The notes under the pieces: generated by a model | The model's input: the letters and a program-made list of their open reading frames with translations, nothing else | What the model was told of the DNA's origin: nothing | The model's database searches: none | Made by a program: the position numbers and the translations under genes | Shown here: in pieces, positions 47,220 through 56,803 of the stretch | How the letters are laid out: each line of letters opens with the position of its first letter | Position numbering within the stretch: the first letter of the stretch is position 1 | Source: Melioribacteraceae bacterium | GTDB lineage: Bacteria > Bacteroidota > Ignavibacteria > Ignavibacteriales > Melioribacteraceae | Reading direction: 5' to 3' | NCBI GenBank assembly: GCA_963663265.2 | Contig: CAXXXM010000002.1 | Location: 2,150,078 to 2,214,077, forward strand | DNA: 64,000 nt

Positions 47220-48611
47220 TTGGAAAAATTAGTATTAATAGTAGATGACGAACCCTCAATACTTAAATTAATTACTCATTGGGTAAAAAATCAATGGAAT
47301 TACAGAGTTAAAACTTATACTAATGGGGCGGATTTATTAAAAGGATTCTATGAAGAAGAGCCAGACATAATTTTGTTAGATATTATGCTGCCGGATATGA
47401 ATGGAATAGATATTCTTAAAATTATTAAACAGCGGAATGAAAATATTCCGGTTATTATTCTTTCAGCTCAGGGGAGTATTGAAGTGGCAATGGAATCAAT
47501 ACGGCTTGGAGCGTACGATTATTTCCCAAAACCGATTGATAAAAACAGACTTGAACCGGCAATTAAAAACGCTATACAAAATTATAACTTATTAAAACGA
47601 ATTGAAGAACTTGAAAACAATTTAACAAAAGAGTATAGTTTTGAAAATATTATTTCCAATGATAAAGGGATGCAGGATGTTTTTTCATTAGTTACTAAAG
47701 TTTTAGACAATGATATTACGGTATTAATTAGTGGTGAAAGTGGAACCGGAAAAGAATTGATTGCAAGAGCAATTCATTATAATGGTGTTAGAAAGAGCGA
47801 GCCATTTGTAGTTGTAAATTGTGCTTCAATACCCCGTGAGTTACTTGAAAGCGAATTGTTTGGTCACGAAAAAGGGGCTTTTACTGGTGCTTACACTAAA
47901 AAAATCGGCAAGTTTGAACTTGCTGCAGGGGGTACTATTTTCCTTGATGAAATTGGCGAGATGGAAATGTCGCTGCAAGCAAAAATTTTACGTGTAATTC
48001 AACACAAAGAATTTGAGAGAGTTGGTGGTACTGAAATAGTTAAAACCGATGTGAGGATTATTTCGGCGACCAATAGAAACTTAGGCGAAATGGTTAAAAA
48101 TAGACAGTTTAGAGAAGACTTATATTATAGATTGAATTCTTTCCCTATTGTTATTCCCCCATTGCGCGATAGAAAAGGGGATATAGTAATATTGGTTGAT
48201 TATTTTATTAAAAAATTTAATACAAAGCATAATAAAGAGATTCAAGGTATAGATAAAAAGGCTTTAAAGCTATTATATGATTATCAGTGGAATGGAAATG
48301 TAAGAGAACTTGAAAATGTTATTGAGCGAAGTATGATATTAACCGATTTGCAGATAATAACTGAAAGTGTACTTCCAATAAATATTAAGCAACAAGAAAA
48401 GGATTTTAGCGATATTTTAAGCAGTAATATTTTTGAAGGTAATGTTATAGTTCCGTTTGAAAAAATAAAAGAAGAAGCAATTAGACATGCGATAAATATA
48501 ACGAAGGGGAATATTGTTATTGCTGCAAAGCAGCTTGATTTAGGAAGAGCGACTCTTTATAGGCTAATGGAAAAGTATGGAATTGAACACAAAAATATTG
48601 ATATTGAATAG
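47220..48611 (+). CDS. sigma54-dependent response regulator (NtrC family enhancer-binding protein)
   Basis: Receiver ('LIVDDEPS...LDIMLPDMNG...KPI'), AAA+ Walker A 'GESGTGKE', sigma54-contact loop 'GAFTGA', and a C-terminal HTH 'AAKQLDLGRATLYRLMEKYGI'. Confidence 0.9.
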   Translation: MEKLVLIVDDEPSILKLITHWVKNQWNYRVKTYTNGADLLKGFYEEEPDIILLDIMLPDMNGIDILKIIKQRNENIPVIILSAQGSIEVAMESIRLGAYDYFPKPIDKNRLEPAIKNAIQNYNLLKRIEELENNLTKEYSFENIISNDKGMQDVFSLVTKVLDNDITVLISGESGTGKELIARAIHYNGVRKSEPFVVVNCASIPRELLESELFGHEKGAFTGAYTKKIGKFELAAGGTIFLDEIGEMEMSLQAKILRVIQHKEFERVGGTEIVKTDVRIISATNRNLGEMVKNRQFREDLYYRLNSFPIVIPPLRDRKGDIVILVDYFIKKFNTKHNKEIQGIDKKALKLLYDYQWNGNVRELENVIERSMILTDLQIITESVLPINIKQQEKDFSDILSSNIFEGNVIVPFEKIKEEAIRHAINITKGNIVIAAKQLDLGRATLYRLMEKYGIEHKNIDIE

Positions 48612-48619
48612 GAGTAAAA

Positions 48620-48958
48620 ATGGGAATTAAAGAAGACATCTTTAACGATATTCTTATTGAAACAGTTTTGCTTGAAAGAGCAACAATTGTGGAAGCGGAA
48701 GTATTAAAAAAACAAATTGCTGCAAAGTATGCCGAAGGATATAAAAAAATAATTATTGATATATCTGAATGCGAATTTATTGATTCAACCTTTTTGGGTG
48801 TAATAGTAAATACGTTAAAAAGAGTTGCAAAGGTAAATGGAGATTTAAAGCTTGTTGGGTTTAAACCGGCTGTAAAAGCAATGTTTGAACTTACAAGAAT
48901 GTTTAGAGTTTTTGAGTCCTTTTCAACAGTAAGCGAAGCCATTAAAAGTTTTGAATGA
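48620..48958 (+). CDS. STAS-domain anti-sigma-factor antagonist
   Basis: AGGAG lies upstream. 112 aa. 'IIIDISECEFIDSTFLGVIV' contains the conserved phosphorylatable Ser context, and 'LKLVGFKPAVKAMFELT' is present. Confidence 0.8.
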   Translation: MGIKEDIFNDILIETVLLERATIVEAEVLKKQIAAKYAEGYKKIIIDISECEFIDSTFLGVIVNTLKRVAKVNGDLKLVGFKPAVKAMFELTRMFRVFESFSTVSEAIKSFE

Positions 48959-48967
48959 CAAAATAAT

Positions 48968-50095
48968 ATGAATAGAAAAAACAAAATACTGTTAGTTGAA
49001 GATGAGCCTAATATTGCAAGATTGTTCAATTATACTCTAACCAAAGCCGGTTATACAGTAGTTTTTGCCGAGAACGGTTTAGTTGGTTTGAATAAGGTGC
49101 ATGAAGATAGACCGGATTTGATTATTAGCGATATCATGATGCCTGAGGTTGATGGCTTTGAATTTAGAAAAATGCTGCTTGAGGATAAAAATGTTGCAAA
49201 TATTCCTTTTGTGTTTTTAACAGCCAAAGGGAGTGAAGATGATATTTTGGAGGGATATAATCTTTCTATTGAAGAATATATTATTAAAACTGAATCCCCC
49301 AAAATTGTAGTAGCTAAAATAAACTCAATATTTGAAAGTATAAAACGAGGGAGAGAAAGTGCAGTATTTGAAGTTCAAAAAGCTGCAGATAAATTGAAAA
49401 TTAAAGTTGTGCCTGAAAACTTCCCTAAACTTGATGGGTTTGAAATTAAACATTATCATAAGCCTTTTGAAAGTGTACCCGGAGGCGATTTTATTGATTA
49501 TATAAAGCTGAACGATGATACTCTTGTGATTGTTACAGGCGATGTTATGGGTAAAAAATGGGGTGCTTGGTATTTTGCAGTAGCTTATGCCGGATATGTG
49601 AGGAATGCTGTGCGTGTAGCCTGTAGTGATGTTGATGAATACTCCCCAAAAGCTATTATGCAGAAAATTAATGAGATGATTTACAATGATGAAAGAATTT
49701 CTGAAGTGTTTATAACATTATCTGTTGTTATTATTAATTCCAGTCAAAATGTTATTAAGTATTGTGGAGCGGGGGATTTGCCTTTATTATTGGCTGATGA
49801 AAAGATTGAAACCATTAGATCTAATGGTTTGCTTCTTGGGTTTTCTTTAGATAGTTATTATGATGATATTTCTATTGAAATTGAATCACAACAAGTTTTG
49901 TATCTTATTACAGATGGAGTTGTGGAGCTGAGAAATAATGAGGGAGTACAATTAGGGTACGAAAATTTAGGGAGAATAATTGTTAACTCAATAAAAAAAG
50001 AGAGTTCTTTAACTGAAATTATAAAAGAACTCTCTTTATATAGTAATAGTAATTTTGAAGACGATTTAAGTATTGTACAAATAAAAAAACTATAA
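48968..50095 (+). CDS. response-regulator receiver fused to PP2C/SpoIIE-type phosphatase (RsbU-like)
   Basis: Receiver ('ILLVEDEPN...SDIMMPEVDG'), then a PP2C block ('GGDFIDY', 'TGDVMGKKWGA', 'ITDGVVE', 'DDLSIVQIK'). Confidence 0.85.
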   Translation: MNRKNKILLVEDEPNIARLFNYTLTKAGYTVVFAENGLVGLNKVHEDRPDLIISDIMMPEVDGFEFRKMLLEDKNVANIPFVFLTAKGSEDDILEGYNLSIEEYIIKTESPKIVVAKINSIFESIKRGRESAVFEVQKAADKLKIKVVPENFPKLDGFEIKHYHKPFESVPGGDFIDYIKLNDDTLVIVTGDVMGKKWGAWYFAVAYAGYVRNAVRVACSDVDEYSPKAIMQKINEMIYNDERISEVFITLSVVIINSSQNVIKYCGAGDLPLLLADEKIETIRSNGLLLGFSLDSYYDDISIEIESQQVLYLITDGVVELRNNEGVQLGYENLGRIIVNSIKKESSLTEIIKELSLYSNSNFEDDLSIVQIKKL

Positions 50096-50098
50096 AAG

Positions 50099-51100
50099 TT
50101 AGTCTGAAATCAAACAGCTGACTTGTGTAAAAGCATCGTTGTTTAATGAGACTTGTTCATAAATATCAACAATTTCTTCTTTAGTTATCTTTGTAAAATC
50201 TTTTTCAAGGGGAGTTATACAAACGCCGCCCATATCTACGGATGCTGGGCTTAACAGAATGTTTTTTTCTCCTTCTTCAAAATAATAGGTCGGTCTATGT
50301 TTTTCGCGTGGGAATATTACAGTAACCCATTCATTGTTTACGTAATAACCTAAAATATTAAGTAATGGCTCTTCTGATTGTTCTGTTACAATTTGTATTT
50401 TATTAATTAAATCATAAAAATACTTTTCAGCAGAATCAAAATTGCTTGAGTGTATTGAAAAGAACTTACGTAGATAATTTTCAACCGCATAAATTTTTAC
50501 ATTATCTTTGGATAAAACTAATTTGCCAAGCTTGTTAATTATTTCAGTATACTCAGTATCAAGCGGCATAAAGTTTTTATTCCCTGCTTGGAAATGCATA
50601 TGATCAGGTGCTGAAGCACCACACTTTGGCCCATTATAAAAGACTACATATCTATCGGAAATATCCTTTGTTAAGCTTAAAAAATCGTTATATTTCCCAA
50701 TAATAGATTGTGGGATTTGTTCAATAACAGGAACTGTAAAGTGTTCCTTAAATATTGGAAATGGATTGCAAAGAATTAAGTAGTTATCTTTATATAATAA
50801 CCCTTTTTGAGCAGCGGGTAAATTATTGTAATGTAAGAATGATTTTCTTGCTTTAATAGAAGCATCATCAACCTTTGCGGCTGATGATGTAATTCTTGAA
50901 GGATTAAACTGAACGTCAATTCTAAAACTATCAAAATTAAAAGTTTTAATTTTAACCGTATCTAATCCAGTATAATTTTTGTTTAGTAAATCCCATGTAT
51001 TAAACTGCTGCTTTAAAAGAGAACCCATTTTATCGGAAATGGATTCAACTTTCCCATAATTGCTAAGTTCAGAATCAGTTAACAATAAGTGTTTAATCAT
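50099..51100 (-). CDS. DUF4922-like protein, HIT-superfamily GalT/nucleotide-sugar-phosphorylase branch
   Basis: HxHxQ motif 'APDHMHFQAGN'. 333 aa. Its ATG shares a base with the stop of the upstream GT2 gene (TAATG). Confidence 0.55.
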   Translation of the reverse strand: MIKHLLLTDSELSNYGKVESISDKMGSLLKQQFNTWDLLNKNYTGLDTVKIKTFNFDSFRIDVQFNPSRITSSAAKVDDASIKARKSFLHYNNLPAAQKGLLYKDNYLILCNPFPIFKEHFTVPVIEQIPQSIIGKYNDFLSLTKDISDRYVVFYNGPKCGASAPDHMHFQAGNKNFMPLDTEYTEIINKLGKLVLSKDNVKIYAVENYLRKFFSIHSSNFDSAEKYFYDLINKIQIVTEQSEEPLLNILGYYVNNEWVTVIFPREKHRPTYYFEEGEKNILLSPASVDMGGVCITPLEKDFTKITKEEIVDIYEQVSLNNDAFTQVSCLISD

Positions 51101-52557
51101 TACTTACTATTCCTTAGAATTCTTGCAGTTAATTCAATTGTACGGATTCTATCTTTATATATATTGTTATTGTTTTGTTTAACAATATCTAAAGCAGAGT
51201 CAGAATTTCCATCCCATCTTCTACAAATATAAATTGGGTTGTAAATTCTCCCTATTTGATATTCTCTTGAAATTGATAATCCAACAGCGTAATCTTCACC
51301 GTAGCTAACGTTAGGAATTTTGATTTCTCTAAGCAATGGAGTATAAAAAGCACGAGGAGCACCTAATCCGTTTATTCTTAATGCATTATTTCTACCATTG
51401 TCAGGAGTCCATTCTTTATGATCAATTATTCCAGGAGGAATTTCTTCTAACTTAAAGTTTGTCATTTGGTAAGTGCCAACAACCATTCCGCATTTTTGTT
51501 CATAAAAAGCTTTTACAACTTGAGCAATAGTAGTTTCATCTTTATAAACATCATCGCTATCTAATTGAATTGCAAATTTACCACAGTAAGAACTATGTAC
51601 AGCTTCATTCCAACAGCCGCCAATTCCCAAATCTTTTCTTGTTGGAATAATATGTACAACTCTATTATCTTTTTCGGCAAAACCTTTAATAATTTCAGTT
51701 GTTCCATCATCTGAGTAATTATCTACAATAATCAGATTAAATTTAAAATCTGCTTTTTGCATTAAAACAGAAGTAATTGCATCAGAAATAGTTTTTGCTC
51801 TGTTTTTGACAGGAATAATAACAGAGGCTTCAAATTCAGAATCAGTATTAGAGAAGTTTATGTCTTTAAATTCGGGTTTTAAATAACCATTAATAGCTTT
51901 TAAATGTTCTGTACATGCAATTTCCATCTCAACTTGTACTTGTCTGTTGCGAGGATTAACATAATCAAATAACTTTTCGCCCGACTTTCTATTATCGTTT
52001 TCAATAACTGTATAAAGGTATTCATTAACTCTGAACAATTCAGCTTTTTGCGAAACTTTTAAGCGTAAATCGTATAATCCTGCAAATTTGTATTCAGGAA
52101 TTTCATTAGAATAAACTTCCTTAACTATTGAAGAACGATAAAAAAGGATATAACCGAATTCAAAATCATCTCTTAAACTCCCTTTTTGATAGTCAATTAC
52201 TGGATGAATTGACCTAACTTCATCTTTAATCTCAAAATAATCAGAATAAACTAATCCTGCATTTGTATCATCAGCAATTCCAATAAAACGTTCTATGGCA
52301 AATTGAGCAAAATCAATTTCGGTGTCTTTTGTGAGGATTAAAGAGTATTCGGAATTACTAAGAGAAGCTATCTTATTGATTGTTTTGCTATCTTGCATGG
52401 ATTCGCATACTAACATTTTGCAATCTGTAATACATTCCAAATCGTTTTGAGTAGTAACTAAATAAATGTCTTTTACTAATCCGGAACTAAATAATCTGTC
52501 AGCCAACTCTTTGGTATGCGGCAATCCGTTATAAGCCAAAAAAGCGGTTATTCTCAT
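51100..52557 (-). CDS. two-domain glycosyltransferase: unassigned N-terminal ~245 aa plus GT2 (GT-A) domain
   Basis: GT-A start 'ASVIIPVKNRAKTISDAITSVLMQ', 'IVDNYSDDGT' and DxD 'QLDSDD'. The ATG at 52557 is preceded by AAGGAG, so the start at 52602 in the track is probably too far upstream. Confidence 0.75.
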   Translation of the reverse strand: MRITAFLAYNGLPHTKELADRLFSSGLVKDIYLVTTQNDLECITDCKMLVCESMQDSKTINKIASLSNSEYSLILTKDTEIDFAQFAIERFIGIADDTNAGLVYSDYFEIKDEVRSIHPVIDYQKGSLRDDFEFGYILFYRSSIVKEVYSNEIPEYKFAGLYDLRLKVSQKAELFRVNEYLYTVIENDNRKSGEKLFDYVNPRNRQVQVEMEIACTEHLKAINGYLKPEFKDINFSNTDSEFEASVIIPVKNRAKTISDAITSVLMQKADFKFNLIIVDNYSDDGTTEIIKGFAEKDNRVVHIIPTRKDLGIGGCWNEAVHSSYCGKFAIQLDSDDVYKDETTIAQVVKAFYEQKCGMVVGTYQMTNFKLEEIPPGIIDHKEWTPDNGRNNALRINGLGAPRAFYTPLLREIKIPNVSYGEDYAVGLSISREYQIGRIYNPIYICRRWDGNSDSALDIVKQNNNNIYKDRIRTIELTARILRNSK

Positions 52558-53169
52558 CTTGGGTCTCCTTAAAATAATAAAATCAAACTTTAAAGATAAC
52601 AAAAGAAATATTGATTTGAAATAAAATTAGGTAAGTGTATAACTTTTAACATTTTTGAATAACACAAAATTTAATCACGTTGCTAATTTGTTACAAGAAT
52701 TAGAAAGAGTGTGGAATGATAAAGTGTCTACAAATTCATACATGAGTTTAAATGATTGTGTTATAATAAGTTGAAGGTGGCTTCAGTTTGTGCGGTTTTT
52801 GCAAAAAATAAAAAGCATGGGGAATATAAAATAAGGTGGCGATTATGCCCTTATTTTAGCGGTGTGATTTGTATCACATTTTAACTTTCCCCACATAAAG
52901 GGGAAATATTCTTGTAACAATCCCCGCGTTAAAAAATGAAAACATAAAAATAAATAAAAATAAAAACGTAACTTGTTATAATCAAAGGCTTTATGGGTGT
53001 CTTTGATTAGCCGCTGGTTAAAAAGCAGAAAACGTCTTGAAAAAAATATTTGTTTGCATATTCAAAAAAATGTATTATATTGGAACATGCTTTTATAAAA
53101 GCTGTATAAACTATTGATTTTTTGTTCTTTGACTTGTTGTGGCGAATAAAAAATTTTGAATTTTTTTAA

Positions 53170-53682
53170 TTGTGTTTTCTTAACAAAATAGAGGCTTTAT
53201 TGAGTAAAAAGAAAAAATATCTATTGTTATTTCTGCTCGGTGGAAAAATAATTCTTATTTCACTTTTTATCTTTGTAATAAATGCTGAAAATAATGCAAG
53301 TGAGAATGTTGTTAAATTTATTGAAGTAAAAAACAGCTTGAATATTTCATTTATTGATAAAGGGATTTATACTGCAACTTGGTATGGAAATGAATTTCAC
53401 GGACAGCATACTGCCAGTGGAGAAGTTTATAACCAAAATTTAATGACAGCGGCACATAAAAGCCTACCTTTTGGAACATTACTTAAAGTTACAAATAACA
53501 GTAATGGAAAAAGTGTGGTAGTCCGCATAAATGATAGGGGTCCTTTTGTAAGGGGAAGGGAACTTGATTTATCTCAAAAAGCAGCTGAAGAACTGCGCAT
53601 AAAAGAAATGGGTATAGCAAGACTGGATGTTCAACAGATTGTAATTCAAAACAATGGTAACCAAGTAGTAAAAATATTTTAA
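53170..53682 (+). CDS. rlpA: RlpA-like (double-psi beta-barrel) septal lytic transglycosylase family protein
   Basis: 'TATWYGNEFHGQHTASGEVYNQNLMTAAHKSLPFGTLLKVTN..NGKSVVVRINDRGPFVRGRELDLS'. The TTG start is uncertain. Confidence 0.8.
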   Translation: MCFLNKIEALLSKKKKYLLLFLLGGKIILISLFIFVINAENNASENVVKFIEVKNSLNISFIDKGIYTATWYGNEFHGQHTASGEVYNQNLMTAAHKSLPFGTLLKVTNNSNGKSVVVRINDRGPFVRGRELDLSQKAAEELRIKEMGIARLDVQQIVIQNNGNQVVKIF

Positions 53683-53753
53683 TTAATTTGGTTTTTCTAA
53701 AAGTCTTTAATCTAATCACAATACATTCACAAAACAAACTAAGGAGTTCTGTT

Positions 53754-54329
53754 ATGAAAAAGGTAATTGTTACTTTATTTATTATGTTGTTTGTAGTTAG
53801 CTATACAAATGCACAATCAAAAGGTTCTATTGGTGTTGGTGCAGAAGTTGGTTTAGCTTCTGGCGATTTTGCTGATTTTATGGATTATGGTGCCGGTTTT
53901 GGTGGTTCTGTAAGATATGAAATGAGTTTAAGTCCAAATATCAACGGCTACATCAGTGTTGGTTATTTAACATGGAGTGGTGACTATAAATATAATTCTT
54001 ATGATTATAATTATGTTACCGGAGAAATGTATGCAGTAGAAGAATCTTTCTCAACCACAACAAGTGCAATTGTAGTTATGGCTGGTGCAAAATATTATTT
54101 TGTTCCTAATATTTATGGTGTTGCTGAAGCTGGTTATTCATCATTCTCATTTGATGCTGATGGAGCATCATTTGGTGAACTTGATAGCAAGTTTGGATTT
54201 GGTGCCGGTGCTGGTATCGAAATTCCAATGGGAACAAACTTAAAATTAGATTGTGCTGCTATGTACAAAATGGCTGCAACAGATTTTAACTATATTGATA
54301 TTAGAGCTGGTGTAAAATTCGGAATCTAA
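53754..54329 (+). CDS. small outer-membrane beta-barrel protein
   Basis: AAGGAG plus an ATG at 53754 gives the signal peptide 'MKKVIVTLFIMLFVVSYTNAQ'. Gly/aromatic-rich strand pattern. Confidence 0.6.
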   Translation: MKKVIVTLFIMLFVVSYTNAQSKGSIGVGAEVGLASGDFADFMDYGAGFGGSVRYEMSLSPNINGYISVGYLTWSGDYKYNSYDYNYVTGEMYAVEESFSTTTSAIVVMAGAKYYFVPNIYGVAEAGYSSFSFDADGASFGELDSKFGFGAGAGIEIPMGTNLKLDCAAMYKMAATDFNYIDIRAGVKFGI

Positions 54330-54354
54330 TTTTTTATAGTTAGTAAAAAATTAT

Positions 54355-54385
54355 GGGGCGACTTGAATAAAGCCGCCCCTTTTTG
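54355..54385 (+). terminator. rho-independent terminator
   Basis: GGGGCG (54355-54360) pairs with CGCCCC (54374-54379), followed by TTTTTG. Confidence 0.65.
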
Positions 54386-54576
54386 TTTTAAACACTAAAA
54401 ATACAAACTTATTAATACCAACTGTAAAATTATCTGGGGTTTCTGTTTCCGTAGTTTAAATTTCATCATTTTTATTAATTGTCTGTACAATAAATATGGG
54501 AATAATTTTATAACTATCAATAATTTAATTAAATTTATTATGAAATACAAAATAATATTTGTTTGATAAGTATATT

Positions 54577-55638
54577 ATGAAAAAGAAGAAAACTAAAAGA
54601 AAGATTGGATTGCCGGCAGGAACAATGGCATACTTAGGTGAAAATCCTGGTGTACAATCAAATATGATTTTGATTGAATATGATAAAGGAGAATGTGTTT
54701 ATAGAAAAATAAAGGATATTCAACACCTTGATACAGAATTTAATAACGATTTAACGCCCAAATTACGATGGCTTAGAGTAAATGGTGTATCAGACCTGAA
54801 GCTGATTGCCGAAGTTGGAAATTACTTTAAACTACACCCATTAACCCTTGAAGATATTGTAAATACATATCAAAGGGCAAAAATTGAAGACTATGAAAAT
54901 TATACTTTTACAGTAATTAAAAATCTAATTATTGATTCAGAAGATAATATTAAAACAGAGCAGCTTTCTATTGTTCTAATGAAAGATGTTATTATTACTT
55001 TTTATGATGAAAATTCAAATCTATTTAAGGAAATTGATGAGAGATTAAGTGCGGGTAAAGGAAGTATTAGAAGTACAATAGACTATCTATATTATATTAT
55101 TGTTGATGATATTGTTGATAAATACTTTTTAACAATGGATACGGTTAGCGACAAAATAGATATTTTGTATGAAGAACTGATGGATTTTGGAAAACGAGAC
55201 AGATTAGTTGAAATAAAAAAAATACAAAAAGAAATGCTCAAGTTAAAGCAGAGTTTGTTTCCATTTAGGGAGGTATTAAATAGACTTCAACGACAAGAGT
55301 TTGGTTTTATTAATAAAGAAACTTTGATTTATTTTAGAGATATTAATGACCACTTTTCTCAAATTATTGAACAATACGAAACCGATAAAGAAACAGTTTT
55401 TAGTTTGATAGATTTGTATTTATCGGGTATGAGTAATAATCTAAATGAAATTATGAAAATATTAACAATAATATCTACTATATTCATCCCATTAACTTTT
55501 ATTGTTGGAATTTATGGTATGAATTTTAAGCACATGCCCGAGCTTGAATATAAATACGGATATTATATTGTTTTATTGGTTATGTTATGTATTGGCGGTT
55601 TATTAGGGTGGTGGTTCAAAAAACAGAAGTGGTTTTAA
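54577..55638 (+). CDS. corA: CorA-family Mg2+/Co2+ transporter
   Basis: 'YGMNF' signature between two C-terminal TM helices. The size and helical cytoplasmic domain are typical. The ATG at 54577 is preferred over the TTG at 54559. Confidence 0.85.
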   Translation: MKKKKTKRKIGLPAGTMAYLGENPGVQSNMILIEYDKGECVYRKIKDIQHLDTEFNNDLTPKLRWLRVNGVSDLKLIAEVGNYFKLHPLTLEDIVNTYQRAKIEDYENYTFTVIKNLIIDSEDNIKTEQLSIVLMKDVIITFYDENSNLFKEIDERLSAGKGSIRSTIDYLYYIIVDDIVDKYFLTMDTVSDKIDILYEELMDFGKRDRLVEIKKIQKEMLKLKQSLFPFREVLNRLQRQEFGFINKETLIYFRDINDHFSQIIEQYETDKETVFSLIDLYLSGMSNNLNEIMKILTIISTIFIPLTFIVGIYGMNFKHMPELEYKYGYYIVLLVMLCIGGLLGWWFKKQKWF

Positions 55639-55655
55639 ATTAGATAGGAGTAATT

Positions 55656-56699
55656 ATGATTAGCAAATTTTTATCACAGACTTATTATAAAAATACAGTA
55701 CTTGAATATCTGACCGTATTAGTAATATTAGTAGTAGGGTTTACTGTTATTAAACTTATTAAACATTATGCTAAAAAATACTTTATGAGGTTGGATGCAA
55801 ATGAAGATAAAAACATAAAATTTAAATTGGATAATGTGAATAAATATATTGTTCCATTCTTATATTTAGGTTTAATTTACTTGTCTGTTGAAAGCCTAAC
55901 AATACCCAAAAGTATAGATAAAATTTTACAAACAGTTTTAATAATAATAACTACATGGTTTTTAATACGTTTTGCAAGTCAGGCATTAAAATACTTTTTA
56001 ACCGGTTATATTGAAAATACCGATAAAGAAAGCGACAAAAAAAAGATAAAGGCACTAACATCTTTATTTAACGTTATTGTATATGTGCTTGGTTTTTTAT
56101 TTTTGCTTGATAACCTGGGAATTAATATTACTGCAATTGCAACCGGTTTGGGAATAGGAGGTATTGCGGTTGCATTGGCAGCACAAGCATTGTTGGGGGA
56201 TTTATTTAGTTATTTTGTAATATTTTTTGACCGACCTTTTGAAATTGGAGATTTTATTACCTTAGATACTCAATCAGGTACTATTGAACAAATTGGAATT
56301 AAATCAACAAAAATAAGAAGTTTAACCGGAGAGTTGATTGTTGTAAGTAACTCAAGTTTAACTAATGCAAGAATACATAACTATAAGCCCTTAAAAAGAC
56401 GAAGGGTTGTTTTTTCGCTTGGGGTTACATATGATACGAAAATTGAAAAGTTGAGAGCTATTCCGGGAATTATTTCAACAATAATATCAAGGCACGAAAA
56501 AATAGAACTTGATAGATGTACTTTTGCCACATATGGAGATTTTAGCTTAAATTATGAAATTGTGGTGTTTTTTGATTCACCGGATTACAAAGAATATATG
56601 CAGATACTACATGAAGTAAATTTAGAAATATTTGAAGAATTTGGAAAACAAAATATAGAGTTTGCTTTCCCAACACAAACAATACATGTAGAGAAATAA
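55656..56699 (+). CDS. MscS-family mechanosensitive channel
   Basis: AGGAG lies upstream. TM helices, then the MscS beta-domain 'PFEIGDFITLDTQSGTIEQIGIKSTKIRSLTGELIVVSNSSL'. Confidence 0.85.
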   Translation: MISKFLSQTYYKNTVLEYLTVLVILVVGFTVIKLIKHYAKKYFMRLDANEDKNIKFKLDNVNKYIVPFLYLGLIYLSVESLTIPKSIDKILQTVLIIITTWFLIRFASQALKYFLTGYIENTDKESDKKKIKALTSLFNVIVYVLGFLFLLDNLGINITAIATGLGIGGIAVALAAQALLGDLFSYFVIFFDRPFEIGDFITLDTQSGTIEQIGIKSTKIRSLTGELIVVSNSSLTNARIHNYKPLKRRRVVFSLGVTYDTKIEKLRAIPGIISTIISRHEKIELDRCTFATYGDFSLNYEIVVFFDSPDYKEYMQILHEVNLEIFEEFGKQNIEFAFPTQTIHVEK

Positions 56700-56803
56700 A
56701 AAAGGCTTCTATTGGCTGTCTTTCTGTAGGTTTATTATGCTTTAAAAGAGTTATTACGAGCGGAAACGACTGGGGATATTTTATGATTGGGGAATGATAT
56801 CTT

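Noticed and set aside
54386-54576. Mg2+ (M-box) riboswitch upstream of corA
   Set aside because: The ~190-nt leader is almost pure A/T after the upstream terminator. It has no extended helices and none of the conserved M-box segments I can recall.
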